Below the pieces are notes generated by a model. It did no database searches and was not told the DNA's origin. It worked only from the letters and a program-made list of their open reading frames with translations. A stretch of 55,024 nucleotides of DNA, the filler included, from Sphacelaria rigidula (Eukaryota), in the NCBI GenBank assembly GCA_964200075.2. It is 4 parts of 4 records of this genome, joined end to end, with 100 filler letters (N's around TTAATTAATTAA, not from the genome) between each part and the next. Parts side by side here need not be neighbours in the genome. Positions count along the whole stretch, not along the records: positions 13,786 to 27,466 come from CAXNAA020002725.1; positions 27,567 to 41,245 come from CAXNAA020002726.1; 2 more parts are not named here. One strand, given 5' to 3'. Position numbers and translations under genes: made by a program. The first letter of the stretch is position 1. Each line of letters starts with the position of its first letter. Of this stretch, positions 24,801 through 37,546 are shown in pieces.

Positions 24801-27057
24801 TGCGACGTTGCTGAGCGCGAGTTGTGGGTCAATCGACAGATGTGCGCAAATCGACCCAACGACTCACCTGCCGGTGTCAGCATCACCATGGTTGTCTGGT
24901 ATTCGTGCTTAGGATGAATAAAATTCACGCACTGGAGTATTAGTAGATATCATGGTGATGCGGCGGGGTAGTGCTGTAAAGATTCATATTTTTAAGCTTT
25001 CTCTAGAGGATAGCGCTGCTGAAGTGGGTGTTGAGATTTGGTGGTCCCACCGCGAACGTTCATGGTCCGTTCATTCTGCTTCGAGGGCGCAGAAATGTGT
25101 CCGGCGAGTGCCTCCACGAACAAATAGAGTGTGTACTACTAGTGCATATCTTCACCGTATGAGGAGATCCGTACACTGGGACGTCAGATTTCCAGTTTCA
25201 CCTCAAGTGACTCCCGCCCCCGCCCCTGGCCTTCTTTGTAACTATTCTCTGGTAAAAGATCGCTAGAGATCAACCACATAGAAGTCGCGAGTGCTGTAGT
25301 CAAGGATCACACGTAATGACTGACCGACTATGCGAACGAAGACGAGAACAACATATGCACAGATATCATACCGGGAACAAGGGTACTACTGTGGTGACAC
25401 AACAACGCATGGCCAACTATCTAAGGACAGCAATGCTGTAGTAGCGAGGTACGTGCTGGCAGAGACAATTCAGGACCACTTAGATATGGCAAGCCGTGGG
25501 AATCAGAGTTTTTAGTGATTGCATATGCACCATCGTGCACACGTGTGTCCTGAACCCGAAAGTATGGAGCTATATACCACACAATCGCGAAAATTTAGTA
25601 TATTCAGTCTTCATGAAGCTCTCACGTAGTCCCTTCTCAAGTTAGTACTGTCACCAAGTAGAAATATTTAGTCTTTATAATATTTTGCACAACACCTTCT
25701 CACACTACTACTGTCACTCAGTAGCTCGTTCGCCTTCTCACCATCCGGAGTCTACAACGTGCTGTACGCCGCTCGCTACGCCACTCAACCGAGGCGCCCT
25801 AGGGACAGACGGTAACGGTGCACTACACCGGGTATCTTGAAGATGGAACTCAGTTTGACTCCTCCAGATATCGGGGCAAACCGTTCAAATTCAAGTTGGG
25901 CAACGAGCAGGCAAGCCAACGACGAGAATTCGCTAAACTCTTACGAATGTTCGATCGCACGGCCTGGTACCCGCTTCGACATCCTTGCTCATCGTCCGTG
26001 ACGTCGGCGCGTGAACCAGTCACGCGGCAAGGGCGCCTGGGCACTAAGCAATAATTTGAGTCGCTGAACACTGCGCTGTTTTCACCTGAGGCAAGCTTGT
26101 TCGCTTGTCTGTGCGATCGGTGATCGCATGGCGTGTTGTACGTCCCCATGTCCCGCGAGCGAACAGTAGCAAACAGCCCCCCCCACCTGCCTGTTGTTCC
26201 GTCTCGAAAGGAATGCGTGGTCAATGGTCCAACGACTAGGGCAAGCAATAAATAAGTACGCTTCCCCACCTGCCTGTTGTGCAATGATCAATGATGCGTT
26301 AATGGTGCCGGTGTCATTCATCATTGTGCAGTGTGAGTGGTTGCACTGCGCCCTGGGAGGTAGATGAACGTTTGCTTGCTGTTCATCGTACTGCAGGTGG
26401 TGCCAGGGCTAGACGAGGGAGTGAGTCAGCTGAGCATAGGAGAGCGTGCAAAGGTAAGCATAACAAAGCACTGCGTGGTGATGTCAACATTTGGATGTTT
26501 TAGGCAATCGGACAGGCAGATTGGTCGATTGCTGTCGATTCATTGGTCCCCGGCAAATCCAGCCGCGGTCGCACGATAGACGTACCCGGGGTAAACAGAC
26601 GAAAACACGCAGCGCATGATCGAAACTGTGTTGCCTTTATGTGCTACCCTTTGAAAGGAGAACACCCGCGGCTTCCGCAGTAGGTTCCGTTGAATGACAT
26701 GAGGAGGAAACGCCGAGTTGGCGTTGCCGTAGTAACACAGAAGAAACCGTCCGTGATATATCTTGTATTCCGGTTTTCCGAGCGATTGGTCCTATTGAGC
26801 AGCCATTCTTTCGTATGTTCTCCCCCAATGACAGTGGCATATTTTGGAGGTCCCTGCTTTTGCGAACTCTATTACCGTACAAATGCGCCTAACCCAAACC
26901 CTATGACCATCAATGGCCGAAGAGGATGTTTGATTCTTTGATTTTTGTGCAGGTGACGATTCCAGCTGCGTCTGCCTACGGAGCACGAGGATTTCCGGGC
27001 CTGGTGCCCCCCAACTCTGCGCTCGTGTTCGATCTGGAGCTAATTACTTTCAACTAG
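21895..27057 (+). CDS. FKBP12: FKBP12-type peptidyl-prolyl cis-trans isomerase (111 aa, 4 exons)
   Basis: Exons 21895-21960 ([22 protein letters not shown]), 25803-25910 ([36 protein letters not shown]), 26397-26453 ([19 protein letters not shown]), 26953-27057 ([34 protein letters not shown]). All introns are phase 0 and the protein is colinear with canonical FKBP12. The intron 2 donor is GCAAGC. Confidence 0.95.
23411..23607 (+). mobile_element. tRNA-headed SINE-like repeat, family A
   Basis: Box A-like TGGCTCAGTTGG and box B-like GGTACGATTCC, followed by a body (GGTCGACGAGGGAGAAGGACTGCTGAACCCCTCTCGCGATAAA). The body recurs inverted at about 295-445 and partially at about 37298-37345 and 38270-38320. 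Confidence 0.6.
23902..24310. mobile_element. Outer MITE (CAGGG.../...CCCTA ends) whose left TIR is split by the 211-bp MITE
   Basis: Removing 23918-24132 gives CAGGGTAACGTTACACTTCCCGCTGGCCGCACTT, which pairs with the right end AAGTGCGGCCAGCGGGAAACACAGAGTTGCCCTA. Confidence 0.6.
23918..24128. mobile_element. 211-bp MITE with ~37-bp TIRs, 4-bp TSD (ACAC) and internal TTAGGG-like repeats
   Basis: TGTAATGCGTGAGAGGACCGCATGCTTAGAGGACCGC and GCGATCCTCTAAGCACGCGGTCCTCTCACAAATTATA are inverted. ACAC at 23914-23917 and 24129-24132. GGTTAGGGTTAGGGCTAGGGTT at about 23977-23998. Lies in FKBP12 intron 1. Confidence 0.75.
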
Positions 27058-27228
27058 ACATTGGACATTCCCTGGAGCTATGTGGTCTTCCGCAACGGGT
27101 ACACTTGTCCGTGCGAGAAATCCGAGATGTGGATCACAGGCGCAAGGCATTCGGATTCACGCGGTCGGAAAAAGACGGGGGAGATAACCGTACGAATATT
27201 TACGAGTACTACACAATCGCCGCCGCGC

Positions 27229-27466
27229 CCCGGTGGTGTAATAGTCCGATTGTCGCCACTAGGGTGGAGAGAACGAGGGTTCGATTCCCGATGCGTTTTT
27301 TTTTTTTCTTCGTAGTATCTGATTTCCACCGTGGGAAGCATGAGAACGTGAGTACACAAAATAGTTGACTGGGTTTGTTCGACGTGAGTTGACGCGGTGC
27401 GGGAGTGCTGATAGTCATGACCCAATCCGCGAGACCAAAATGCAAGGCGTGTACCGGGGAGAGATG
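27229..27466 (+). mobile_element. tRNA-headed SINE-like repeat, family B (cut by fragment end)
   Basis: CCGGTGGTGTAATAG (box A) ... GGGTTCGATTCCCG (box B) plus a ~180-bp body nearly identical to 51799-52025. Confidence 0.7.
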
Positions 27467-27566
27467 NNNNNNNNNNNNNNNNNNNNNNNNNNNNNNNNNN
27501 NNNNNNNNNNTTAATTAATTAANNNNNNNNNNNNNNNNNNNNNNNNNNNNNNNNNNNNNNNNNNNN
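27467..27566. other. Artificial 100-bp contig spacer
   Basis: N44-TTAATTAATTAA-N44. Confidence 0.97.
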
Positions 27567-30500
27567 GATCCCGGTGAAGCAGAAGTTGTGGCGGTCGCGC
27601 CACCTGCTACTGCTGCTGCTGTTCGTCAGCAGTCGCAGCAGGATCAACTGCGACAGGAGAAGCTGCAACGGGTGAACCACGAGTTCCGCAGGTCAAAGCC
27701 GGCTCCGTACTTGGTTCCTTTGTAGATGCACCCGTATTCGAGGCTGGTATTTTAATCGAGATCCGTACATCCTATGCGACGTACCTTTTTAAATGGCTTT
27801 AAATGAGGATGTGTGGGTTAAATATGACCACTTTCATGGCGATCAACTTGTCCAAAGGTGTCTCGGGAGCAACATGATGGTGGATGTGTGGTACACATCA
27901 TATGATTATATCATCCACCAGTGTCAACACAAATGTGGCCAACATAATTGATAATTGACCGTCGCCTACAATCAAAGTGTTTCCATGTACTTACTATTTA
28001 TACCCGAGTCGGGCAGCATCAGAGTGGCCCAAAATTACCCCCAAAATATCTTCTAGTAAAGCCAAATCGCGTAAAAACACGCCTCCGGCGGGGCCCCCTC
28101 ACCACCCGAGAGGGGCCGGTGGTCGCGGCTTCGCCGCGGCACCAGTGTACTGTTTGGACCCAGTATACTGGCTACTGACCGCAGCCACAACACCTGGTAC
28201 TGGCGCGCAGCGCCAGTACCCAACCCTACTGTTTTAGGCTTGAATCTCATCTCGGAGTTAAACCTCAATTCGCATAATTTGTTGTTAATTCTCAAAATAA
28301 TTCTTGAAAAGACGCTCGAAACAATTCTCAACATTTCACCGAAATTCCCACTTTTTGATTCACTGAGTCTCAGTAATGTCGGCTCAGGGTTTTTTTTAAC
28401 GAGCATCAGCACATCAACAGCTTTTTAGAAAACCTAACTATGGCATCGTGGGTAACTCCGTTGGCGATATACGATCTGCCCCCCATGATGGACTTCACTG
28501 ATGGCACAGAGGAAGTATGAAATTGTTGGAAAATGGTTTTAAACCATTATTCACCGTTGCCGGCTTTATCGGCCGTTACCGGCTACGTATGCTACATACA
28601 GCCCTTGAAAATTGGCTCAAATTTACCGTATTTTTTAGCTCTAGTGAAGCCACATTGCATTAAAACGTGCATCCGGCACGGCGCCTCCAGCGAGGTCAGT
28701 GACATGCAGTTCTTCCAATCGCCAAAAAACAGAGATTTTTAGATTCGATTGGCCAAATATTCTCAACGTCGGACGCATCAGATTTCATACGGATTGACTC
28801 TTCATGAATATCGAGTGTGATTTATATGCCAAAAAGCCATCACGAATGAGCCACGCATAGTAAAATTGTACGTTCGAGGTAGTGGCGCAAGAATAATCAA
28901 CGGGATCGTGCGCATTTCAAGTAGTGCACGGCCGTGAGTCACAGACTGCGGATATTCAATTTCATGCTGCATGATCACTGGTGGGGAAAATGTCACATTG
29001 AGTCATCCCGCACAAATTACGGGTGGAAAAAGGTGTATGCTTCATTTATGCTTCATGAATGACAGGTAGCGAAGACTTACCTATGATCCATGTCATATTA
29101 ATCACACGTGGGAAGTATGTACCCGTGATTCATGCCTTGAAAATGGCAGCTGGGCAGCATGTACCCCCGATTCATGCCGCATGAATGGAAGGGGCGCATC
29201 ATGTGCGAGCTGGGTCAACCGATAATCCCTTTTGGGTTTGCTGAGAACGATCCTAGATGCAAATTCTGCCGGGATTTTTCGAGGTGCTGCACCACCGCGT
29301 ACAGCCCCTTTTACGGTGTATTTTTGCGGAAACCGTTGGAACAGGTTTCTTCATACGAAACCACAACGCTCACTTCGAAACAGGCCTTCGAGGACATGCT
29401 CTACAAGATTCGCGGCCGACGCCCGAAGTCCAGATTCTAGGAGGGTTTCAAGAAGTTACTGACGGCCTTTCCGACGACCGAAAACTACCTGATGCTGCTG
29501 TACAACTCTCGTGAGTGCTGGGCCCTGGCATTCTCCCCGCTGATCTTTTGCGTGTCGTCATGGACGACGAACAGAGCGGAATGTGAGCATGTCGCGTGCG
29601 TCACGGACGCCTTCTGTCATACAACATATGCGCGAGCGTGATGCGACCGTGTTTTCTTGTAGAGCGCACCCAGCTAGTCGAAACATGCATCGTTAACGTC
29701 AACGTTTTCACGTAACTAACCTGGAAGTGACTTGGAGAGCTTGATATCTTTAGTCTTACACTTTGGAAATTTTCACAGTATCACGGGCTGATGTGCGATA
29801 TTGATTGTACTCGCCCCATGCTCAAAACGACACACGTACTGATCCTCAACCATTTCGTGCTGTTTCTTCGGCGGGGCAGAAATGAACTCGCAGGTTCGGC
29901 GGTCCTGTAACGATAGGGCTTCCTTGGTTCACACATTCCGTTTTTTTAAGGGCGCCATTGAAAAACAGGCCGATCTCAGCGCTCTTCGTAACGCCCAGCT
30001 GCACATTCCTGCGACGTCTGCGCCTCGAAGCTGTATGTTTTCGTTTGGGGGTGAATTCGCCCGGACTCTGCAGTTGGGGCTTGGAAAGTGGCCTTTCGAG
30101 TTCATGTAGGAAGAGATGGACGCCGCACTGCTCTTCTGCAGCAGCTCAGACGATTGCTTGATGGATGGTGCCGTCCGGGTAGAAGTGGGTACAGGGGTTA
30201 TCGTGGGCAATCCCGAGACTGTACGTTCGTCCCTGGAGAAGATACTTCGGACAAAAAACGCAGGTGAAGCGTGGAGAAGCGGTACTAAGCTTCCGGGACG
30301 AGGGCGGGTAGTCAATCATACGACCCCCCCCCCTCGTGCTACTATGAATATTACATTGTGTTATTTGTGTTATTCGTGGCGCTTTTGACCCAGCGTGCTC
30401 TTTCTCCCCTTAATACTGCGGATGCGACCTCTATTTCGCGAGGGCCCATTATGCTGGCGGATGCATGATCATGAGCATGAACCTACGCTTTAGCGCATGG

Positions 30501-31040
30501 CTGGACATGCTCGCGTTTGCCTGGCAGTGCTTGATTCGCCATCTTCTTCCTTTATTCTTTGCCCCGTTTTTGTCGCTTAGCAGCTTCCCTCAAAGTACCC
30601 CTCGCCTGGTACAACACTGGCCGTTCAAGTACAGCTTTTCGCAACCGTACCGATATGACACGCGTAATAAAGCGACAGCAGCACAGTGCCAACTACCCAT
30701 TGCCGTTACCCACTGGAGGCAGCTATCAGGTGTCCTCATGTGACGGGCCGTAACTGCGCCAAATCTTCGTACACTTTTGCAGGTTGCATACTTTTTCCAC
30801 GCCAGCGACGAATGCCACACTTCCAGCGTTCAACCGAAACTTCGATTCGAGCTCGGGTTCGACGTTTGCCCATAGATTCGGACTTGTGTTGACGTCGACA
30901 AAACAAGTTTCCTCTCCTGTCATGACACCCTCAAGCTCCGAGGGTCGACTCCAACGAAACGACGTCTGTAAAACCATGGTAGATGTAGCGTGCCGACGAG
31001 ATGAAGAATCGACGATGTTACGGCTCTTTCGACCAAAAAA
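27567..31040 (+). pseudogene. Degenerate MULE/Mutator (FAR1-like) transposase with introns; in-frame stops and frameshifts
   Basis: About 29370-29580 reads TSKQAFEDMLYKIRGRRPKSRF*EGFKKLLTAFPTTENYLMLLYNSRECWALAFSPLIFCVSSWTTNRAE, matching the MULE motif YL..LY..RE.WA.AF...F...TT.R.ES. After an intron it continues MNSQVRRSCNDRASLVHTFRFF...PFEFM*EEMDAA. There is a SWIM-like CGC at about 30415 and a C-terminal CKTMVDVACRRDEES at about 30965-31010. The 5' part (27567-27900) is a weaker, FAR1-N-like match. Confidence 0.7.
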
Positions 31041-34000
31041 GAGGAGTGATGCGGCTTATGCATGCGTGTTATTTGGACCAACTAATCCAAGGGCGCTTGC
31101 CGTATCCTTCTATTTTTTGTAGCGCGGATCGTTACGGAGTAAGGTTGCTTCTTGTGGACAGCAAAAAACGCCCTCCAAAGAAACATTATTTTCTCATTTT
31201 TTGTTGGCCCATAACAAATGGGTCGTTTTTTCGTTAGTCCCTTCTGACGAAAATTATCCAAAGACAAATGAACCTGGATAGTTGCGGAGTCTTGGACACA
31301 AGCCCGTCGGTCGAGCTTACAAATATGAATTCTGTCGAGCGCGCTTGCGATCATGTTATGACAGTCACGCGGGAAAAAAGGTATCGAGGCCGAAGACAAA
31401 ATGCTATCGTTGGATACTACGGTATTCCGAGGACCATACACGGCCGTATACACGCAAGGAACGAGGTCAACTTGTTAAACCACTCCATAGAACCACTGCT
31501 GTCTGCTGCTTAGAATGTATAATCTTCACAGCAGACAATAGTAGTCCTGTATTGTACTGTACGTACAATACAGTGCTCGTCGTGCTCTGTACAATTGATG
31601 AATGGGGCGATACAGGAACTCTAGAACTACTGCTGTCTTGATATAGTCTGTACAGTGCATGGACGGCGTGGTCTCTTGTGAAACATTGCAACAGTATTAT
31701 ATGGCAGTACTCTCGATAGCAAGCAGCTGCTAGATATACAGTCGACGTCTTCAGCGCATCCATCCAGACAAGCGTGCGTGGTGCTTGGCTGGCCGCCAAC
31801 GCAGTACGACAGCTGGCTCGTCAGTATCGCACCGAGAGCTTATCGCCGCCTACGCATGTGGTATGCTGTCCTACGACGAGATCTGTTACTGCCTCGCTGT
31901 GGACTAGTGCGGAGTACGATTGTGGTTTCGTGTATCGTGTACAATATTTGAAATAGAGTCTATCATGGATTGGTTCCGGAGGCGCTCGTGAGTGAGCACC
32001 ACAATGATATTTGCACACTCGACCTGCAAGTAGGCCGCGCCGTCGATCTGCATCTCTCCTCAAACTTTCAGGTCCTAACTCTTCAAGGCTCGAGCAAAAA
32101 CAAATCGTCGACACGTTATCGTCTCACGTAGTGGAACTAGCCTGCAAGAACGAAATGACACGCAATTTTTGGATTGGTCGAAGTAGATCACTTAACGAAA
32201 CATGATTAGTATTGTGACCGGCGCCGCATGTTCGGATCCACTCCAGCCTCACGTACCGCAGAAATTCTTATCTTTAGCTCTCAACCATACGCCAAATGAG
32301 AGATTGGCCAAGCCATGGCGGCTCAGAAAATACATAGATATCATGCCTCGAACTGGCAGGGAAAGGAGCACAAATGGTCCAACTTCGCGCTCAAAGAGAT
32401 AAAGTTGTACAGGGTCCTCTTTCCTACACGTACCACCAGTCCAACCACTAGACTCGAAAGTTGCGAAAAAAATACACTCACCATTCCCATCCTCCTGGCG
32501 ACACAATTCTCATGACGTTTGGCGACTCCAGCTTGCTGAACAGCGGCCTAAGTGAGGCGGTATCAACGGGGGGAGGGGGTGGGGGGTGTACTCATGATCT
32601 TGCATGCCGTAGTCATATGGCCGCTGAGGGAGGGTCGACTTCGAACCTTTTCGCCACTCATGGCCTCAGTACGACATGCGACCATTTCATACCCACGCTA
32701 CTGGTTGTTGCTCCTCCACCATTTCGACCGTAATAAGATTAATTTTCATCTTGCTACTACAAAGAAGATGGCCGTTCTCCCGTGAAAGATTTCGTCCGAG
32801 CGACGTTGTGTCAAGTACAAAATTGTCTCCCGACCGCTTGAACATCTGCTGGGTTTGTGTCCTGCGGGGGAAGAGATGCACGCTTCGTCTTTCGACAGTG
32901 CTACAGTGGCATAGCATAATATTCCAGAAATATTGTGCAGTTTCCATATCCCCAATAGTAGTGCGGTTGCTGTTCTCCGGTACTGGTCCCCGAAGAATTC
33001 CGCAATTTCTTCAACACAAAGCTTGTACGTATGGTAGGTGAGCTTCTCACACAAGCTTCATTACTACTTCATCGTCTTCCCTGATCCATTTAACTACTCT
33101 AGTACCCCTCCCTCGTCCTACATAGCAGGAAGAAGTCTGTCGTATATGAAACTCTGGCTTTTGCGGACATACTTCCGTATGACACCTTCTCGCACAAATT
33201 ATACCGTGACGTCATAAAACCCTCCCCCACGCGACCGTGATTCGAACCGTAGTTTCTTTGGTACTCTCGTCCCCAGCCCTCATCTTGTAATGAAGGAGTC
33301 GGGGTTGTCCGACACTGGGTAACTGTGACGACAGTCAAGTCCAGTACGCCTGCGCTCTCAAGTTTATGTGAAATACAGCAGCCGAAAACTCACAGCATGG
33401 AGAAAAAAAAATCATGTCACGAGAACTTGGCGAACGTGGCAGTGTACTGAAACCAAGTGATCGGCGATTTCTTGAGACATGGCCGATGATGTTGAGCCGA
33501 TTCGCCCAACGGGGGAAAAGTACGCTGAAAGTACAAATCAACGGCACCGCTGTGCAGATGAGGATGCGAGGAACACGACAAACCGCTCTCATATTTGGAT
33601 TAACTCGACTACCCTCAAAAATCGGGTCTGGCAGTGTGACATATTTCGTTATCGTAAGGCAACTTGGTAGGTCGGGATTATTTCGGGAAGAGATGGAAAA
33701 ACACATGCAGAATACAAGTGCGAAGTCTGCGCGGCAAAAGTTGATTGCTTCATCGCCAAGAGGTAGTGGTAACCGAGACCAGCATTGACAGAATGATTTC
33801 ATCACCATAATAGCAACCGTTATGTATAATTTCGAGGTACCTAGTGACCACGATGTCACGAGCTCTGGACGCAAGCGCAATATGCTCGTGCTCTGATGTT
33901 TCTAGTAATAGATACAGTCCATCGCGCGCGGAGGGAAAGTGATAATGGAAATGGACAGCATGGGGTATACCCCGTGGAGTTAAAGACAAAATAGGAGAAG

Positions 34001-34549
34001 TGTACCGTTCGTTGTGGAGAGCAGCGCTGCACGCCGGCTGGCTACTTCTCAAACGCCTTCCAGCGCCTTAGCCCAAGGGTCAATTTGCCTAGTCTTCTTT
34101 TTTTCAACACGTGGGAACAAAAATAACCAGAGTACGGAAAAGGTGGGGTTGTTGGAGCACCCCCGTTTTGTCGACAAACCCGCGGGGTACAACCCCCGTC
34201 AGCTAAAAAGTTACTTAGTACTCCCATTTTGTCCACATATATCTCAGTCTACTACGTCTCTGTTCTACCGTTCTGTTTTCTTCACTTTTCTTTGATGAGT
34301 CTTTCCATTTTGTTTCATCTCGGGTGCGTCTCCGTGATCACGGCTGGATCCCTGGGGGATCTCTGTGAATGTGCGATAACCAATCAATCGATCAATCAGC
34401 ATACCCCCTATATGTTCACATCGTACCCTTTTTCGTTCAGTGGTGATCGTCCTGCGGGCCGCGCAGAGGGCACCCCGTGCAGCCTCAAACATACCCCCAT
34501 TTCGTCGATCTCAATCCCAATCAATCAAAGTTGCATGGAAGCTTCACGG

Positions 34550-37505
34550 AGAATCTTGGCACAGCATGCGTGTGCCGTGAGAGCAAAGATTGCGTGCGTC
34601 AGATGCTGTGTCAGTAAAGTACAGGGCGTACTGCTAAGAGCAGTGGCACAGGTTGACCAAACTTTCCCATCCCAAAGCGACACCTTGTTCAGCGCTGGTT
34701 CCAGCGTGGTCGGAATATGGCCGAAAAGGGGCCTGACGAGCTTGTCGTTGATTGCGTGTCAGATTTTTCACTCGCATCCGGAAAGGGTGCCGCGACAGAG
34801 ACGCTGCGGGAGGATGACGGCCGCATGCAGCATCTTATCTTGTCAAGGCAGTTCGACAGCAGCGAAGGACGAGGAGGCCGCCGGGCGGGCGGTGGAACAA
34901 TCAAAGCCACGACAGAGGGTTGTACGGCTCGTGATACAATGGGGTTGCGGCGGTGAAGTCTCGGGGCAGTGCGGTGCATCCGTACGGCGGTGCAATGACA
35001 TTGCAACATCAGCGCATGGAACCCCAGGCACCAGGGACTGAGGCTGGCCACTACGACCCCGGAAGGGGCGGCATACAAGCCGCGCTAGAGCAGAGGGTGG
35101 AGCGCAGCCAGCAGCGTGCGCGGAAGCAAAGTAAGCAACGCGCAAATTTTCCCGCGTTGCCAGCCGGACATGCCGGAATTGCCGGAGAGCGGGACGCCAC
35201 TTCCAGCACCCCTTTGAGACTTGTGCGTGGACCTTCGTGGCAACTGCAAGTGGGGCGGGGCACATCTCAACCAACTGTAGGCAAAAGGATGATGGTGCCG
35301 GAATGGCAAACAGCAACACGCTAGCGCGAGTGGCGATGGGGTTGTCCGTGGTGTTGGGGAGCAAGGAGCATGCCGATTGATGTGGACTGCTCACCCATAG
35401 TGGATTGATTTGCAAAGGTGAGATTGCGAATTTCCGTAACGCATACGCTGTTTACTAGCGTTGTACAACCGGCAGAGGAGAAACGGCTTTTGGCTGCGGT
35501 TGCAATGGGCGCCGTCAGCAGAGAATACCGAGGTAGACGTCATCTTCAGACCAAACCGGGCCGAATTTACGCCACGGAGCCCGGATTTTGTTTTGCGGAT
35601 TTGTGGAGGTTTTTGGGCCACTTGATTTCGATCTAATGGCAACAAAAATGTCGCCGAAACATATGTGTAGTGGGAGGCCAGGGGCAGGCAACAGATTGCA
35701 TCTCTTTGTGCGAAATGCGTGCCGGGGGCGGCAGCAATAGATACTTTGGCGCGTAAGATGTAGCCTTGAAGTCGCGCTCAGACGACAGAGGATTTGGCTT
35801 TTGTTGACAGCAGCCTTGTATGGTAGGAGTGGTCCTGCAGCGCATGGATGAGTGTCAAGCGTGAGCTGTGGTAGCGCTGCCGGCACCAAAAGAACAGTGG
35901 TGTCCGCGATTGAGAGGAGCTTTCGTGAAAGAAAGGGCGGCCGTGGTGACGGGAAGTGATGAGGCGTTTGTGTAGGATCACATTGAGGGCATGCAGTCGT
36001 TGTAACTTACTTGATGGGGCGTGGTTGCGGGGGAGCTTAATTTTAGAACACATGAAAGAAATGTAAGCTTGGCACGCAACTGAAAATAGTTTTCTCCGAT
36101 GATGCTCTAGGTCATAGGGACGGACACGTAGATGACGGTTTTGACTCCATTGCTCAGTCTCCTCAACGAGGCTGGTAGGAGTAACGTATTTCGAGGCCCA
36201 CGCTACCCGATCATGTGCCAAGAGTATCCCGTGGAACGTGCCTGGGGCATGACGATGGTACTTCTAGGTTTTGCCAACACTGCGGGCTACCGACGGCGAC
36301 GGTGCAGCCGCCATCGAGTGTTAGGGACAGGCGTTGGCGTAGCCTATCCAAGCAATACTCCGTAACATAGCACAGGGTGTATTCCGTTGGTGCTCATATG
36401 GAGTAACAGTTGTTGATTGACATCCTAAAATATTCGAACATTCGTCCGGAAAACTATGAACCGATCTAAGAAACGGTCCAGTATGATCTGGATCCTTGAT
36501 ACAGTAGGGTACGACGTCTTGAGGAGACGAGCACATAAGAAATTACGAGCATATCGCGAAAACTCACTATTTCACTCTTCACTTCTCCACCTTTTTAACT
36601 GAACTCCAAGAGTCCGCTGTTCTCTACAAGTGTTTGTTGACCATAAGCGTCCATTCAACACCACTGTTTTCTTCTTGCACAATTGAGTCACAACTAGCTC
36701 GGTAGCTTAACATCTGCCAGCGTCAGCCTTCTGCACCCACTTGTGGGTGTAAAACAATGCCCACTTGTGGGTGTAAAACAATGCACCCTCAATGAGGTTT
36801 TGCTGAATGGGAGGCTAGCTGACTTCGCGGGAGCGCGAGCGGCTACAGTAGGGCAGAGGTGCAAGAGTATATGGTGGCATGCGCGTTTGCTCGTTTTGTG
36901 CGCCAGCGTTCGCGGGGCGCCATATGACGGGAAAGTGTCACCCCAGAGAAAATGGTGGACGATAGAGCATACCGAGATTCGCAGAGTGGTGGTAATACGG
37001 TGGTTTATGACACAGAATACCCAGAGGTGGGTATCGATAGCATGAGAGCGTGCAAAGAATCAGGCATACGTTATGCAAAGTGTTACGCGTGTACGTTGTT
37101 GAAATAAGCAGTGCATATCCAAGTGCGCTGCGCGTACGCGAAAATTCTCGTTAGCAGCGATGAGTGGTCAGTGACACAACACACAGGTACCCGGTCAAGA
37201 GTGTATAGGTGGAAGAATGGTTGGCGCTCACAACTGCAGAGTACCTGCAGTTTGTTTCATCCTGATTAAGAAGCTGTACTACAAAAAGAACTACTATACG
37301 GTCGACGAAGTGAAGGAACCGCTGAACCCTTCACGTGACAAAAAAAAAAAAGGCAAGTACCGCAGAAGGAAGGCAGAGTGCTGGAACATGATGAAGCAAA
37401 AACGAAACGTTCTCTGCAGACCTTCCTCCTGTATGACCCCGGCTGATGTGTTCACGTATACCGAAAGGTGTAGATTGGCGTCTTGGATAGATATAGATGT
37501 GATGT

Positions 37506-37546
<41 letters not shown>

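Noticed and set aside
27229..27296. tRNA gene (also 23411-23490 and 51799-51866)
   Set aside because: A and B boxes are present but I could not fold a proper cloverleaf, and each head is fused to a repeated body, so these are SINE heads.
32000..34050. Possible decayed coding sequence (e.g. PWRLRKYIDI resembling Polinton PolB; WQCDIF)
   Set aside because: Isolated short motifs without supporting neighbours; a translated profile search would be needed.
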